64,000 nucleotides of DNA from Candidatus Pacearchaeota archaeon (GTDB lineage: Archaea; Nanobdellota; Nanobdellia; Pacearchaeales; GW2011-AR1), in contig JBAZXH010000002.1 of assembly GCA_041659945.1 (NCBI GenBank), forward strand, positions 127,415-191,414. The letters run 5' to 3'. Position 1 is the stretch's first letter; the number at the start of each line of letters is the position of its first letter. The notes beneath the pieces were generated by a model. That model had not been told where the DNA came from. It saw only the letters and a program-made list of their open reading frames with translations, and ran no database searches. Below are positions 37,345 to 47,174 of the stretch, in pieces. The translations under genes were made by a program, and so were the position numbers.

Positions 37345-37394
37345 GTATACATCGTTATGTGTATACGGAGCTTAGTATACCTAATAAAGTATAC
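37345..37394. promoter_or_regulatory. Array of four GTATAC palindromes (candidate operator array)
   Basis: GTATAC at 37345, 37361, 37375 and 37389 (spacing 16/14/14 nt) in the divergent intergenic region. Confidence 0.4.
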
Positions 37395-37446
37395 AAAACT
37401 CACACAAAATAAAATTAAATCATATTCGATAAAACACCCCTTTCAC

Positions 37447-37472
37447 AATCTGTGTTCACAAGAACACAGATT
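37447..37472. promoter_or_regulatory. Perfect 11-bp inverted repeat abutting the TATA box
   Basis: AATCTGTGTTC-acaa-GAACACAGATT, overlapping by 2 nt TTATATTTAA (37471-37480) and 23 nt upstream of ATG 37495. Confidence 0.45.
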
Positions 37473-37494
37473 ATATTTAACAAAAATAATTAAC

Positions 37495-37884
37495 ATGAGC
37501 GACATATTCGATAACCCGGTACTTTGCAAAGATTGCAATGTAAAAATGCAAAGAATTACTTTTTTAAAAAATGGGTTTGAGTTTAGAGCACTTCAATGTA
37601 TGAAATGTGGTAATAGAATAATTCATCCACAAGATCAGATTGAATATGAACATTACCAAAATTTACGTGGGAAAAGTTATAGTGTTAAATTAAGAATGGT
37701 TGGAAATAGCTATGCTGTATCTATTCCAAGGGAAATAGTCAATTTTATAAATGAACAGGACAAGATTATGGATGAGATGGTGAAATTAAGTTTTGAAAGA
37801 ATGGGAAAATTGTCCTTAATTTTTAATGAAGAGGAACAGGAGAAATATAAAGAGGAAATCAAACAAAAACATGACACAAATTAA
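37495..37884 (+). CDS. Zn-ribbon + AbrB/SpoVT-like (swapped-hairpin) DNA-binding protein
   Basis: CKDC...18 aa...CMKC zinc ribbon, then VKLRMVGNSYAVSIPREIV, typical of AbrB/MazE/SpoVT domains. The ORF-track N-terminal extension (37357) covers the operator region and is unlikely. Confidence 0.6.
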   Translation: MSDIFDNPVLCKDCNVKMQRITFLKNGFEFRALQCMKCGNRIIHPQDQIEYEHYQNLRGKSYSVKLRMVGNSYAVSIPREIVNFINEQDKIMDEMVKLSFERMGKLSLIFNEEEQEKYKEEIKQKHDTN

Positions 37885-40171
37885 TGAAGTTAAATTAAGA
37901 GTTGCAGAGGCTTCACAGGATGATGCTTACAAAGGTATTGCAAGAATTGATTTAGATACAATGAAAAGTTTGGGTTTGAAAAGAGGAGATGTAATTCTAG
38001 TTAGAGGCGCAAAAGAAACTGTTGCTATTGTTGATAGAGCTTATCCAGCAGATGTTGGTGAGGGAATTATAAGAATTGATGGAATTATAAGAAAAAATGC
38101 TAAAACTGGTGTTGGAGAATTTGTAAAAGTAGAAAAAGCTGATATAAAAGAAGCAAAAAAAATAACAATCGCTCCGGTTCAGGAAAATATTATAGTTCAG
38201 GGAGATCCGGAAGTTTTTAGAAGAGGATTACTTGGTCGGGCTATTGTTAAGGGAGATATTGTAGTTCTTGGAGGGGTACAAAGAAGAAAAGATATTATGT
38301 CTGAGGAATTTGGAGATTTTGGAGATATTTTTGGTGAGATTATGAATAATTTTAATGGTTCTAATGGTATGGGTTTTGGAGGATTGCAACAAATTAGATT
38401 TTTAATCGTAAATACAAATCCTGCAAAACCAGTTGTAATTACAGAAAATACTGAAGTTGTTGTTAGTCCAAAGGCCATTGATATGCCTGAGGAAAAAGTA
38501 ATTGATGTGACCTATGAAGATATTGGAGGGTTGAGAGAAGAAGTTAAAAAAGTTAGAGAGATGATTGAACTTCCACTTAAACATCCCGAGATATTTGAAA
38601 AACTTGGAATTGAACCACCTAAGGGAGTGTTGTTACACGGACCACCAGGAACTGGTAAAACATTACTTGCTAAGGCTGTTGCAAATGAATCTGAAGCTAA
38701 TTTTATTTTACTGAACGGACCTGAAATAATGAGTAAGTTCTATGGAGAGTCGGAGAAAAAAATAAGAGATATTTTTAATGAAGCAGAAAAAGCTGCTCCG
38801 GCAATAATTTTTATTGATGAAATTGATGCTGTTGCTCCAAAAAGAGAAGATGTTCAGGGTGAAGTTGAAAGAAGAGTTGTTTCGCAATTGCTAACAATGA
38901 TGGATGGTTTGAAAACTCGTGGTAAGGTTGTTGTGATTGGTGCAACAAACAGACCAAATTCACTTGATCCGGCTTTGAGAAGACCGGGAAGATTTGATAG
39001 AGAAGTGGAAATTAATGCTCCAGATAAGGAGGGCAGACTTGCAATATTAAAAATTCATACTAGAAATATGCCGCTGACAAAAAGTGTTAAGTTAGAGGAT
39101 CTTGCTGCAATAACTCACGGATTTGTTGGTGCTGATTTATCTTCACTAGCTAAAGAAGCTGCAATGAGTGTGTTGAGAAGAGTTTTACCTGAATTAGGAT
39201 TAAAACAGGATGAAGAAATCTCTCAGGAAGTTTTGGAAAAATTAAAAGTAACTGATAAAGATTTTCAAGAAGCTCTAAAGATTGTAAGGCCTTCTGCAAT
39301 GCGTGAAGTTTTAGTTGAAACCCCAAATATTAAATGGGAAGATGTTGGTGGACTTGATAAGGTTAAACAAGAACTAAAGGAAGCTGTTGAATGGCCAATA
39401 AAAAATCCTGAATCATTTAAGAGACTTGGAATTAGACCTCCAAGAGGAATTTTATTGTATGGGCCGCCAGGAACGGGTAAAACATTACTTGCTAAAGCAA
39501 TTGCAAAAGAATCTGAAGCTAATTTTATACAGGTTAAGGGACCATCATTATTGTCCATGTGGGTTGGAAAATCTGAAGAAGGAGTAAGAAAGATATTTGA
39601 AAGAGCTAGGCAGGTTGCACCATGCATAATATTCTTTGATGAAATTGATTCACTAGCTTCAAGAAGAGGCTATGAAAGTGGAACAAGAGTAACTGAAAGA
39701 GTATTGAATCAACTGCTTTCTGAAATGGATGGTTTGGAAGAATTAAAAGACATCACAGTTATTGGTGCAACAAACAGACCAGATATGTTGGATCCGGCTT
39801 TACTAAGACCGGGAAGATTTGATAGAATTCTTTTAGTTCAGGCTCCTACAAAAGAAGGAAGATCACAGGTATTGAAAATTCACACAACAAAGATGCCTCT
39901 TGCAAAGGATGTTAATCTTGATGAAGTTGCAGAAAAAACAGATGGTTTTGTTGGTGCTGATATTGAAAACTTAGTTAGAGAGGCTGCAATGCTTGCTCTT
40001 AGAGAAGACATTAATAATAAACAGGTTTCTAAAAGACATTTTGATGAAGTTCTAAGAAAAGTTAGAGCTTCTGTAACAAAGCAGGATATTGAGGTCTACA
40101 ATAAAATTGAAGAGAATTATTTGAAATCTGCAAAAGCTGCTTTGCCTTCTAAGACAGGATATTTGGGTTAG
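37871..40171 (+). CDS. cdc48: Cdc48/VCP-like AAA+ ATPase (two AAA domains)
   Basis: N-domain [19 protein letters not shown]. Two Walker A motifs ([13 protein letters not shown], twice) and two Walker B motifs ([16 protein letters not shown]). ATG 37871 gives the canonical N-terminus. Confidence 0.95.
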   Translation: MTQINEVKLRVAEASQDDAYKGIARIDLDTMKSLGLKRGDVILVRGAKETVAIVDRAYPADVGEGIIRIDGIIRKNAKTGVGEFVKVEKADIKEAKKITIAPVQENIIVQGDPEVFRRGLLGRAIVKGDIVVLGGVQRRKDIMSEEFGDFGDIFGEIMNNFNGSNGMGFGGLQQIRFLIVNTNPAKPVVITENTEVVVSPKAIDMPEEKVIDVTYEDIGGLREEVKKVREMIELPLKHPEIFEKLGIEPPKGVLLHGPPGTGKTLLAKAVANESEANFILLNGPEIMSKFYGESEKKIRDIFNEAEKAAPAIIFIDEIDAVAPKREDVQGEVERRVVSQLLTMMDGLKTRGKVVVIGATNRPNSLDPALRRPGRFDREVEINAPDKEGRLAILKIHTRNMPLTKSVKLEDLAAITHGFVGADLSSLAKEAAMSVLRRVLPELGLKQDEEISQEVLEKLKVTDKDFQEALKIVRPSAMREVLVETPNIKWEDVGGLDKVKQELKEAVEWPIKNPESFKRLGIRPPRGILLYGPPGTGKTLLAKAIAKESEANFIQVKGPSLLSMWVGKSEEGVRKIFERARQVAPCIIFFDEIDSLASRRGYESGTRVTERVLNQLLSEMDGLEELKDITVIGATNRPDMLDPALLRPGRFDRILLVQAPTKEGRSQVLKIHTTKMPLAKDVNLDEVAEKTDGFVGADIENLVREAAMLALREDINNKQVSKRHFDEVLRKVRASVTKQDIEVYNKIEENYLKSAKAALPSKTGYLG

Positions 40172-40219
40172 AAATTGGTTAATAGAAAGATTTATATAGT
40201 AACTATAGTAAGTATATAA

Positions 40220-40456
40220 ATGGAAAAAACAACTATCCAAATAAACTTGGAAACACTTGAAAGACTTAGAGCTTTAAAGAATTTTGAAAGGCAGTCCTAT
40301 GACGAAGTCTTAAACAATATGATTGATAATTGTGAGGAAGAAAGTTTAAGTGAAGAAGAACTTGATGAAATACAAAAAGGTTTGGAGGATATTAAAAGAG
40401 GAAGAGTTTATCCTATAGAACAGGTTGCAAAAGAATTAGGAATTTCTCTTAAGTAA
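40220..40456 (+). CDS. Putative antitoxin (partner of the RelE/ParE toxin)
   Basis: 78-aa acidic protein. Its stop lies 1 nt before the toxin start. Confidence 0.5.
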   Translation: MEKTTIQINLETLERLRALKNFERQSYDEVLNNMIDNCEEESLSEEELDEIQKGLEDIKRGRVYPIEQVAKELGISLK

Positions 40457-40457
40457 A

Positions 40458-40706
40458 ATGTTTCAAATTGAATTAACTGAAACAGCAAAAAGTTTTCTTA
40501 AGAAATTACAAAAAAATGATGCTGAGCTTGTATTAAATAAATTGGATTCAATTAAAGAAAATCCATATAGGTTTTTAAAAAGATTGCAAGGTGAGAAATT
40601 ATGGAGATTAAGAATTGCTGATTATAGAGCAATTGTTGATGTTATTGTTTCTGCAAACAGAATTATTGTTGTAAGAATTGGTCATAGAAGAAATGTTTAT
40701 AATTAA
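40458..40706 (+). CDS. RelE/ParE-family type II toxin
   Basis: 82 aa; ...NPYRFLKRLQGEKLWRLRIADYRAIVDVIVSANRIIVVRIGHRRNVY matches the RelE/ParE C-terminal pattern. Confidence 0.7.
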   Translation: MFQIELTETAKSFLKKLQKNDAELVLNKLDSIKENPYRFLKRLQGEKLWRLRIADYRAIVDVIVSANRIIVVRIGHRRNVYN

Positions 40707-40783
40707 TTGATAAAAATGTTGGAAATTTAATCATTATAGTTAAGTAATCATAAAGAGGATCAGTTTATTCAATCAAGAGCAAT

Positions 40784-40795
40784 CTTTATAAATAT
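40784..40795 (+). promoter_or_regulatory. TATA box for thrC (leaderless spacing)
   Basis: CTTTATAAATAT is centred about 24 nt upstream of ATG 40814. Confidence 0.45.
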
Positions 40796-40813
40796 TCTTC
40801 AGTATCAGGTTAG

Positions 40814-42250
40814 ATGTTCTACAAAAGCACGCGTGGAGACTTAGAAGTTTCATTTTCAAATAGCGTGCTCTGGGGGCTTACTCCTGAAGGAGGGCTGATT
40901 ATTCCTAAAAACTTCCCACATTATTCTAAAGAGGACTTGGGGGAGATGAGTCTGATGAATTACCAAGAATTAGCTTTTAGAATTATTAAAGACTTTGTTG
41001 ATGACATTCCTTTAGAAGATCTGAAAACTCTTATAGAAAAAAGCTATACAAAAGAACTCTTTGAAACAGAGGAAATAACACCCGTTACTAAAATCGGTGA
41101 AGAAAAATATATTTTAGAGCTATTCAGAGGTCCAACACTTGCATTTAAAGATATTGCACTTCAATTTTTAGGAAATGTTTTTGACTATGTTCTAGATAAA
41201 ATAAACAGCACCACAAATATTTTAACTGCAACATCGGGTGATACTGGATCTGCGGCAATTCATGGAACAAAGGGAAAGAAAAGACTAAGAATATTTGTTT
41301 TAACTCCTGAAGGCAGAATGAGTAAGTTTCAAACAGCCCAAATGTATTCTGTTTTAGATTCTGGAGTTTTTAATATTGCAATTAATGGAACATTTGATGA
41401 CTGTCAAGACATGGTAAAGAAGGTCAGTGAAGATGTAGAATTTAGAGAGAGATATCATTTAGGTTATATGAACTCAATAAATTGGTCAAGGGTTCTAGCA
41501 CAAATTGTATATTATGCCAAAGGAATATTTGCCATACAAAAAATGAATAATTTAGGCTTAAATGATCAAGTAGATGTTGCAGTCCCAACTGGAAATTTTG
41601 GCGATATTCTAGCAGGATATTATGCAAAAAAAATTGGAATTCCAATTGGTAAATTGATTCTTGCAACAAATGAAAATGATGTGTTGGATATCTTCTTTAA
41701 AAGTGGAATTTATAAAATAAGAAAAAAAGAAGATGTAATCATCACGGATAGTCCCTCAATGGATATAACTTCTGCTTCAAATTTTGAAAGGTTTATTTAT
41801 GATATAGTTAACCAAAACCCAGAAGTTGTTAAAGATTTATGGAAACAAATTAAAGAAAATATGTTTTTTGATATTTCTAATACCTCCTTCTTTGAAAATG
41901 TGAAAGAAAGCGAAGTTGTTTCTGGATCAACAACAAAAAAAGACCGTTATGAAATAATAAAAAAGACTTATGATGAAACTGGAATTATAATTGATCCACA
42001 TACTGCGAATGGGGTTTTTTTAGCGGACCAGTATAAAAGAAAGGGAATTCCATTTATGTGTTTAGCAACAGCTAGTCCGATAAAATTTGAGGAATCAATA
42101 AAAGAGGCTCTTGAAGAAGATATAACCTTAGAACGACCTGATCAATTTAAGGAAATTGAAAAAAAGCCTCAAAGGTTTATAAAAATTGAAAGAGGAGATA
42201 CAGAAGCACTAAAAAATTTTATTGCAGAAAATTCAATAAACTTAATCTAA
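40814..42250 (+). CDS. thrC: Threonine synthase (long form)
   Basis: YKSTRG N-terminus, PLP-lysine motif GPTLAFKDIALQFLG and TATSGDTGSAA. Confidence 0.9.
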   Translation: MFYKSTRGDLEVSFSNSVLWGLTPEGGLIIPKNFPHYSKEDLGEMSLMNYQELAFRIIKDFVDDIPLEDLKTLIEKSYTKELFETEEITPVTKIGEEKYILELFRGPTLAFKDIALQFLGNVFDYVLDKINSTTNILTATSGDTGSAAIHGTKGKKRLRIFVLTPEGRMSKFQTAQMYSVLDSGVFNIAINGTFDDCQDMVKKVSEDVEFRERYHLGYMNSINWSRVLAQIVYYAKGIFAIQKMNNLGLNDQVDVAVPTGNFGDILAGYYAKKIGIPIGKLILATNENDVLDIFFKSGIYKIRKKEDVIITDSPSMDITSASNFERFIYDIVNQNPEVVKDLWKQIKENMFFDISNTSFFENVKESEVVSGSTTKKDRYEIIKKTYDETGIIIDPHTANGVFLADQYKRKGIPFMCLATASPIKFEESIKEALEEDITLERPDQFKEIEKKPQRFIKIERGDTEALKNFIAENSINLI

Positions 42251-42251
42251 A

Positions 42252-43229
42252 ATGTTAATACTCAAAGATAATCATCCTGCAAGAGAAAAACTAAAACACT
42301 TAACTGAGATAATCACTCCTAAAGAAGCACAGGTAGCGGATATTCGCGCCCTAAGACTGGGAATATTAAACCTAATGCCAGTAATGGATGAAACAGAAAG
42401 AGACATTTTACAAAGTATTGGACATTCAATTCTCCAAATTGAACCTGTCTGGATAAAGATTGCAACAAGAGAAAAAACTGGCAAAAATACTTCTCTGAGT
42501 CATATAAATGACTTTTATGTTACAATGGAGCAAGCCACAAAGGAAAAGAATCTTGATGGATTAATAATCACTGGTGCCCCCATTGAGTTATTGGATTTTG
42601 AGGAAGTAGAATATTGGGATGAATTTAAAAAGATACTTGACTACGCTAGAAAGAATATTTATTCTACAATGTTTCTATGTTGGGCAGCGATGGCAGCATC
42701 ATACCATTTTTACAAAATTCCTAAGGTTACTTATCCTCAAAAACTAGTTGGATGTTTTACTACAAACAATGTTCAACAGGATAACCATCCTCAAACTAAA
42801 GGTATGAACCCGATTATAGAAATTTGTCAAAGTAGACATACTGGTCTTGACCAAAACAAATTAAATTTATTTGTTTCAAGTGGTCAGATAGTAGAATTGT
42901 TAAAATCCTCTGAAAAACCAAAAGTTCTAAATGGGGATGAGATAGGGGTTATAGCATTTGCTTCAAAAGATCTTAGTGAAATTTATAATCTAGGGCATTT
43001 TGAATACCATGAAAAAACTATTGATCAAGAGGTTAAAAGAGATAAAGAAAAAAATCAACAATTAAACTACCCTATTGAAAACTATTATCTTAATCCAGAA
43101 ATCTTTGAGGGAATCAAACCAATTTCTTGGAGATCAAGTAGGACTATTTTTTATGGGAACTTTTTGAATATTATTTATCAGCTCATGAATAAGAATATTA
43201 AAGCCCATAACCCTTTTGTGTTAGGGTGA
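42252..43229 (+). CDS. metA: Homoserine O-acyltransferase MetA (succinyl/acetyl)
   Basis: LRLGILNLMP, DGLIITGAP and the catalytic Cys context STMFLCWAAMAA align with E. coli MetA as recalled. Confidence 0.9.
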   Translation: MLILKDNHPAREKLKHLTEIITPKEAQVADIRALRLGILNLMPVMDETERDILQSIGHSILQIEPVWIKIATREKTGKNTSLSHINDFYVTMEQATKEKNLDGLIITGAPIELLDFEEVEYWDEFKKILDYARKNIYSTMFLCWAAMAASYHFYKIPKVTYPQKLVGCFTTNNVQQDNHPQTKGMNPIIEICQSRHTGLDQNKLNLFVSSGQIVELLKSSEKPKVLNGDEIGVIAFASKDLSEIYNLGHFEYHEKTIDQEVKRDKEKNQQLNYPIENYYLNPEIFEGIKPISWRSSRTIFYGNFLNIIYQLMNKNIKAHNPFVLG

Positions 43230-43293
43230 TGTTGAAAATATACTTGCAAGATCAAAAGATATGTTTATATAAAAGGAAGAAATATAAATAAGT

Positions 43294-43614
43294 ATGAACA
43301 AAATAATAAAAAGAGCATTTATTGATGCAATTGGAACTGCAGCCTATGTAATTTTAATAGTATCATTTATATTTTCTCTTAAAATATTTTTTCCAAAAAT
43401 AGAGGATACTGTATTTATTCCAATTGCTATGCTTTTGCTTTTTGTCTGTTCAGCGGCCATCACTGGATTTTTAGTTTTTGGAAAGCCGGCAATGCTATAC
43501 ATAGATGGAAAAAAGAAAGAGGCAATTTCATTGTTAGGTTACACTTTTGGAATACTAATCCTGATAACTTTGATAGCATTTACTCTCTTAATAGCCTACT
43601 ATAACTTAGTTTAA
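43294..43614 (+). CDS. Small membrane protein (3 TM, hypothetical)
   Basis: Hydrophobic segments only; no motif. Confidence 0.5.
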   Translation: MNKIIKRAFIDAIGTAAYVILIVSFIFSLKIFFPKIEDTVFIPIAMLLLFVCSAAITGFLVFGKPAMLYIDGKKKEAISLLGYTFGILILITLIAFTLLIAYYNLV

Positions 43615-43666
43615 GCATAATATTTTGTATCTAAGTGTATATAAAGCCCTAAATGACAAGTATTAT

Positions 43667-43828
43667 ATGATGAAAAGTGAATTATTTCAACCGGAAGTGT
43701 TAAAAGAGTGTTTTGGAACAAAGGAGTGGTCAGAAAAGTCAGGTATATGCAGTAATTGTAAGTTAAAGAAAGATTGTGGAAAGTCTAGTAACTCAAGAAA
43801 TAATGTTAATATTGTTACTATAAATTAA
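43667..43828 (+). CDS. Possible 53-aa Cys-containing small protein
   Basis: TATA GTATATAAAG (43637-43646) lies inside the ORF-track N-terminus. ATG 43667 fits leaderless spacing. Confidence 0.3.
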   Translation: MMKSELFQPEVLKECFGTKEWSEKSGICSNCKLKKDCGKSSNSRNNVNIVTIN

Positions 43829-43920
43829 GTTTATTTTCTTTTAATTAGTAGTTAATGCTTAGTATCTTAAGGAAGGATTTGAATAGTTAAATTCTTAAAT
43901 ATGGATTTATTTGTTAAAAC

Positions 43921-44661
43921 ATGGATATAAAGAATAAAGTTGTTTTAATTACTGGAGCTTCACAAGGTATTGGAAAATCTACTGCTATTACTCTGTCTAA
44001 ACAAGGCGCAAATGTGATTATTAATTTTAATTCTGATGATAATTCAGCAAACGAAGTTTTGGAAGAGTGTAATAAACACTCTCAAAAGAATATGATAATT
44101 AAGGCAAACATCACAAATGAAAAAGAAGTAAAAGAGATGTTTGATAAAATTACTAAAGAGTATAATAAATTGGACATATTAATTAACAATGCAGGTATTT
44201 TTGATGAATCAGATAACCCGACTAATCTAAAAGCGTTTGAAAATGTTTTCAATGTCAACTTTCTTGCACAGATAAGAATTACTAAATATGCTTTAGAAAT
44301 TATGAAAACTGGAAAAATAATAAATGTTAGTTCTGTTCATGGTAAAATCGGGCATGGCAGACCTAATGCCATTGCTTATTCTGCTATAAAAGCAGCCTTT
44401 GATAGTTATACTAAAAACCTTGCTAAATACTTGGCTCCAAAGATAATTGTTAATGCAATAGCTCCAGGTAAGACTCTTACACCCATGTGGGGTGAACTAA
44501 AAGAAAAAGATGAAAGAGAACTTGCATCTACTCAGTTAATAAACAGATTTATTCTACCTGAAGAAATAGCTGAAGGAATCAGTTTCTTGATAAAAAATGA
44601 TGCTATTTGTGGTGAAATCTTAGTTATTGATGGTGGGATGAGTTTAAAGACTCTTGATTAA
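43921..44661 (+). CDS. Short-chain dehydrogenase/reductase (FabG-like)
   Basis: TGASQGIGK cofactor motif, NNAG, catalytic S...YSAIKAA. Confidence 0.8.
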   Translation: MDIKNKVVLITGASQGIGKSTAITLSKQGANVIINFNSDDNSANEVLEECNKHSQKNMIIKANITNEKEVKEMFDKITKEYNKLDILINNAGIFDESDNPTNLKAFENVFNVNFLAQIRITKYALEIMKTGKIINVSSVHGKIGHGRPNAIAYSAIKAAFDSYTKNLAKYLAPKIIVNAIAPGKTLTPMWGELKEKDERELASTQLINRFILPEEIAEGISFLIKNDAICGEILVIDGGMSLKTLD

Positions 44662-44731
44662 CATAGACTTCTAAATGTAAAAAGTTTAATTAGAGTCTCG
44701 TTGGATGGTGTTTAGCCTAAGTATTAATATC

Positions 44732-46120
44732 TTACAAAGTGAATGTATCTAAAATTGATGGAACACAGCAAACAAATCCTTTTGCTTCAATTCTTTTTAA
44801 AAAGGCAACACTTTGTTCTTTGTCGCCATGAACTACAAAAACTTTTTTTGGTTTTGGAGAAAAATTATCAAGCCAGTTTATTAGGTCATTATAATCTGCA
44901 TGAGCTGAAAATCCGTCCATGGCTTCAACCTTAGCATTTACCCTAACTTGAACTCCCAATAATCTTACTTTTTTTTCACCTTTTTTAAGCCAATAGCCTA
45001 GTGTGCCCGTAACCTGATATCCCACAAACAAAAGAGTGTTTTTTGGATCTTCAATATTGTTTCTTATGTGGTGTTTTATTCTGCCTCCAGTGCACATTCC
45101 ATTTCCAGCAATAATTATGCAGGGCTTATTAACAAAATTAATTTGTTTTGATTCTTCAACACTTGGAGTGCTAATTAATCCGGGAAAGTTAAATGGATCT
45201 TTTTTCTTTTTTATGCTATTTTGAACATCAGAATTATAATATTTAGAATATTTTGAAAAAACTGCCGTTGCTTTAACTGCCATTGGAGAATCTAGATAAA
45301 CATCCATTTTAGGAATAAGTCCGGCTTGCATAAATTCTCCGAGATAGTAAATAATTTCTTGTGCTCTTTCAATGGCAAATGAAGGTATCAAAAGCTTGCC
45401 ACCTTTTTTATAGGACTCATTAATAATTCTTATAAATTCTTTTTGTCTTTCTTCAACTGGAGGATGTAATCTATCTCCGTAGGTTGATTCAACTAAAACA
45501 TAATCGCCTTTATTTATTGGTTCAGTCTTTTCAACTAGAATGGCATTTGACTGGCCAAGATCACCTGAGAATACAATTAGTTTTGTTTTATCATTTTCTA
45601 TAACTTTTAGCTGAACACTTGCAGAACCAAGAATATGCCCAGCATCATAAAAAACAGCAGTTACATCTTTGGATACTTTTATCTCTTTGTCATATTCGGC
45701 TGTAACAAAAAGTTTCATGGTATTTTTTACATCTATATCGTTATAAATTGGGCTTCTTGGTGGCAGTCCTTGTTCTCTTCTTCTTTTGTTTTCATGTTCA
45801 GTATCTTCTTTGGCTATTTTAGCTGCATCCATTAGAATTATTAAAGCTAAATCTCGTGTAGCCTCTGTTGCAAATATCTTTCCTTTAAATCCGTATTTTA
45901 TTAACTTTGGAAGTCTTCCACAGTGATCTAGATGAGCGTGAGTAAGAATTAGAGTGCTATACTTTTTAGGATCAAAGTCAAAGTTCTCATAGTTTAATCT
46001 TTCCATATCCTTACCTCCCTGAAACATTCCACAGTCAATAAGAATCTGTTCGTTGGAGGTTGTTAGACTATAGCACGAACCAGTAACCTCTCCAGCAGCA
46101 CCAAAAAATTTTAGTTCCAT
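44732..46120 (-). CDS. MBL-fold beta-CASP ribonuclease without KH domains (aCPSF2-like)
   Basis: HAHLDHCG, a beta-CASP region, and C-terminal GFSAHAD and HGD motifs. Confidence 0.8.
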   Translation of the reverse strand: MELKFFGAAGEVTGSCYSLTTSNEQILIDCGMFQGGKDMERLNYENFDFDPKKYSTLILTHAHLDHCGRLPKLIKYGFKGKIFATEATRDLALIILMDAAKIAKEDTEHENKRRREQGLPPRSPIYNDIDVKNTMKLFVTAEYDKEIKVSKDVTAVFYDAGHILGSASVQLKVIENDKTKLIVFSGDLGQSNAILVEKTEPINKGDYVLVESTYGDRLHPPVEERQKEFIRIINESYKKGGKLLIPSFAIERAQEIIYYLGEFMQAGLIPKMDVYLDSPMAVKATAVFSKYSKYYNSDVQNSIKKKKDPFNFPGLISTPSVEESKQINFVNKPCIIIAGNGMCTGGRIKHHIRNNIEDPKNTLLFVGYQVTGTLGYWLKKGEKKVRLLGVQVRVNAKVEAMDGFSAHADYNDLINWLDNFSPKPKKVFVVHGDKEQSVAFLKRIEAKGFVCCVPSILDTFTL

Positions 46121-46214
46121 AATTTCACCTTGTTTTTTATAAAGAAAATAGGCTTTTAATAATTAACTAATTATTGACATTAGTTATAATTGTTAAAGAT
46201 AAATTAAATAAGAA

Positions 46215-46787
46215 CTAACAAAGCACACTTCTTATGACTCCTTTTCTAGAAATTTCCCAGTCTACTGAAATTGTCTTAACCCAGGAAGCTCCTGCTTTCT
46301 TAACTTCTATAATAATTCTTATTGCTCCTTCTGGAGCATCGTCTGGTATTTGCATGGTAACTGTCTTTCTAGCTTCCTTTTGATCTGGACTAATTGAAAT
46401 TGATTCAACTTTATCTGCGATCCAGCTGGTAAATGGAGTATCTTTAGGAATGGTATTACTTAGTGCTTTAATTTCTTTAATTTTTATAGTATATTCTGCG
46501 TTTGTTTTAGAATTAAATCCACAAAAAATATTATTCATTCCAGTGGATACTTTTACTGCATCTGCCTGGCCAATACAATAAACCTCTTCACCAGATTCTG
46601 AGAAAAAATCATTAATTTGTTGGGTTATTTTATCATTTATAGTTCCGGTCATTCCAATTGCAGTACACATAATGCTCCTTATTAAAACAAAACCCATAAT
46701 TAGTAGAGTAAGAGCAAGAACAACTACTACAATTGTAGTCATACTTAATTCTATTGCACCTCTTTTACTCTTTTTTATGCTCTTCAT
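46215..46787 (-). CDS. Archaeal type IV pilin-like protein (class III signal peptide)
   Basis: MKSIKKSKRG/AIELSMTTIVVVVLALTLLIMGFVLI is a classic KRG-A..E + hydrophobic helix prepilin signal. Confidence 0.6.
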   Translation of the reverse strand: MKSIKKSKRGAIELSMTTIVVVVLALTLLIMGFVLIRSIMCTAIGMTGTINDKITQQINDFFSESGEEVYCIGQADAVKVSTGMNNIFCGFNSKTNAEYTIKIKEIKALSNTIPKDTPFTSWIADKVESISISPDQKEARKTVTMQIPDDAPEGAIRIIIEVKKAGASWVKTISVDWEISRKGVIRSVLC

Positions 46788-47020
46788 TTTCTTGTTAGCT
46801 TAAAGTATAATTTCAAAATAAGAATTACTAGAAGATCAAATACAATTATTGAAAGGCCTTCAACCCAACTATACTTCCACATTCTGTAGATTCCGTAAAT
46901 AAATATTGCAACTAGTAAAATATTAATAAATATCCAAAATGCGTAGTTGACTTTTGGATGACGGTCAGCATATCTTTTAGAAGCTTTTGATTTAACAACT
47001 CTTTTTGATTTTCTTGCCAT
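46784..47020 (-). CDS. Small 2-TM membrane protein (hypothetical), coupled to the pilin-like gene
   Basis: ATGA stop/start overlap with the downstream pilin-like gene. Confidence 0.45.
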   Translation of the reverse strand: MARKSKRVVKSKASKRYADRHPKVNYAFWIFINILLVAIFIYGIYRMWKYSWVEGLSIIVFDLLVILILKLYFKLTRK

Positions 47021-47174
47021 ATTACCACTCTCTTTTGATAATAATAATTGTCAAATGCAGTTTATAAAGATTTTCTTTTTTAGATTGTTATTGCATTAAG
47101 AAAATCTTTGAGCTATGGTCTATAACATTTTCATTATGAAAATGTTTTTAAAGGAGGAGTTTATCTGATAAACT

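Noticed and set aside
37345-37394. GTATAC array considered as origin-recognition boxes of a replication origin
   Set aside because: The adjacent AAA gene is cdc48, not orc1/cdc6. The repeats are 6-bp palindromes rather than long ORB elements, and no flanking duplex-unwinding AT tract stands out from the already AT-rich background.
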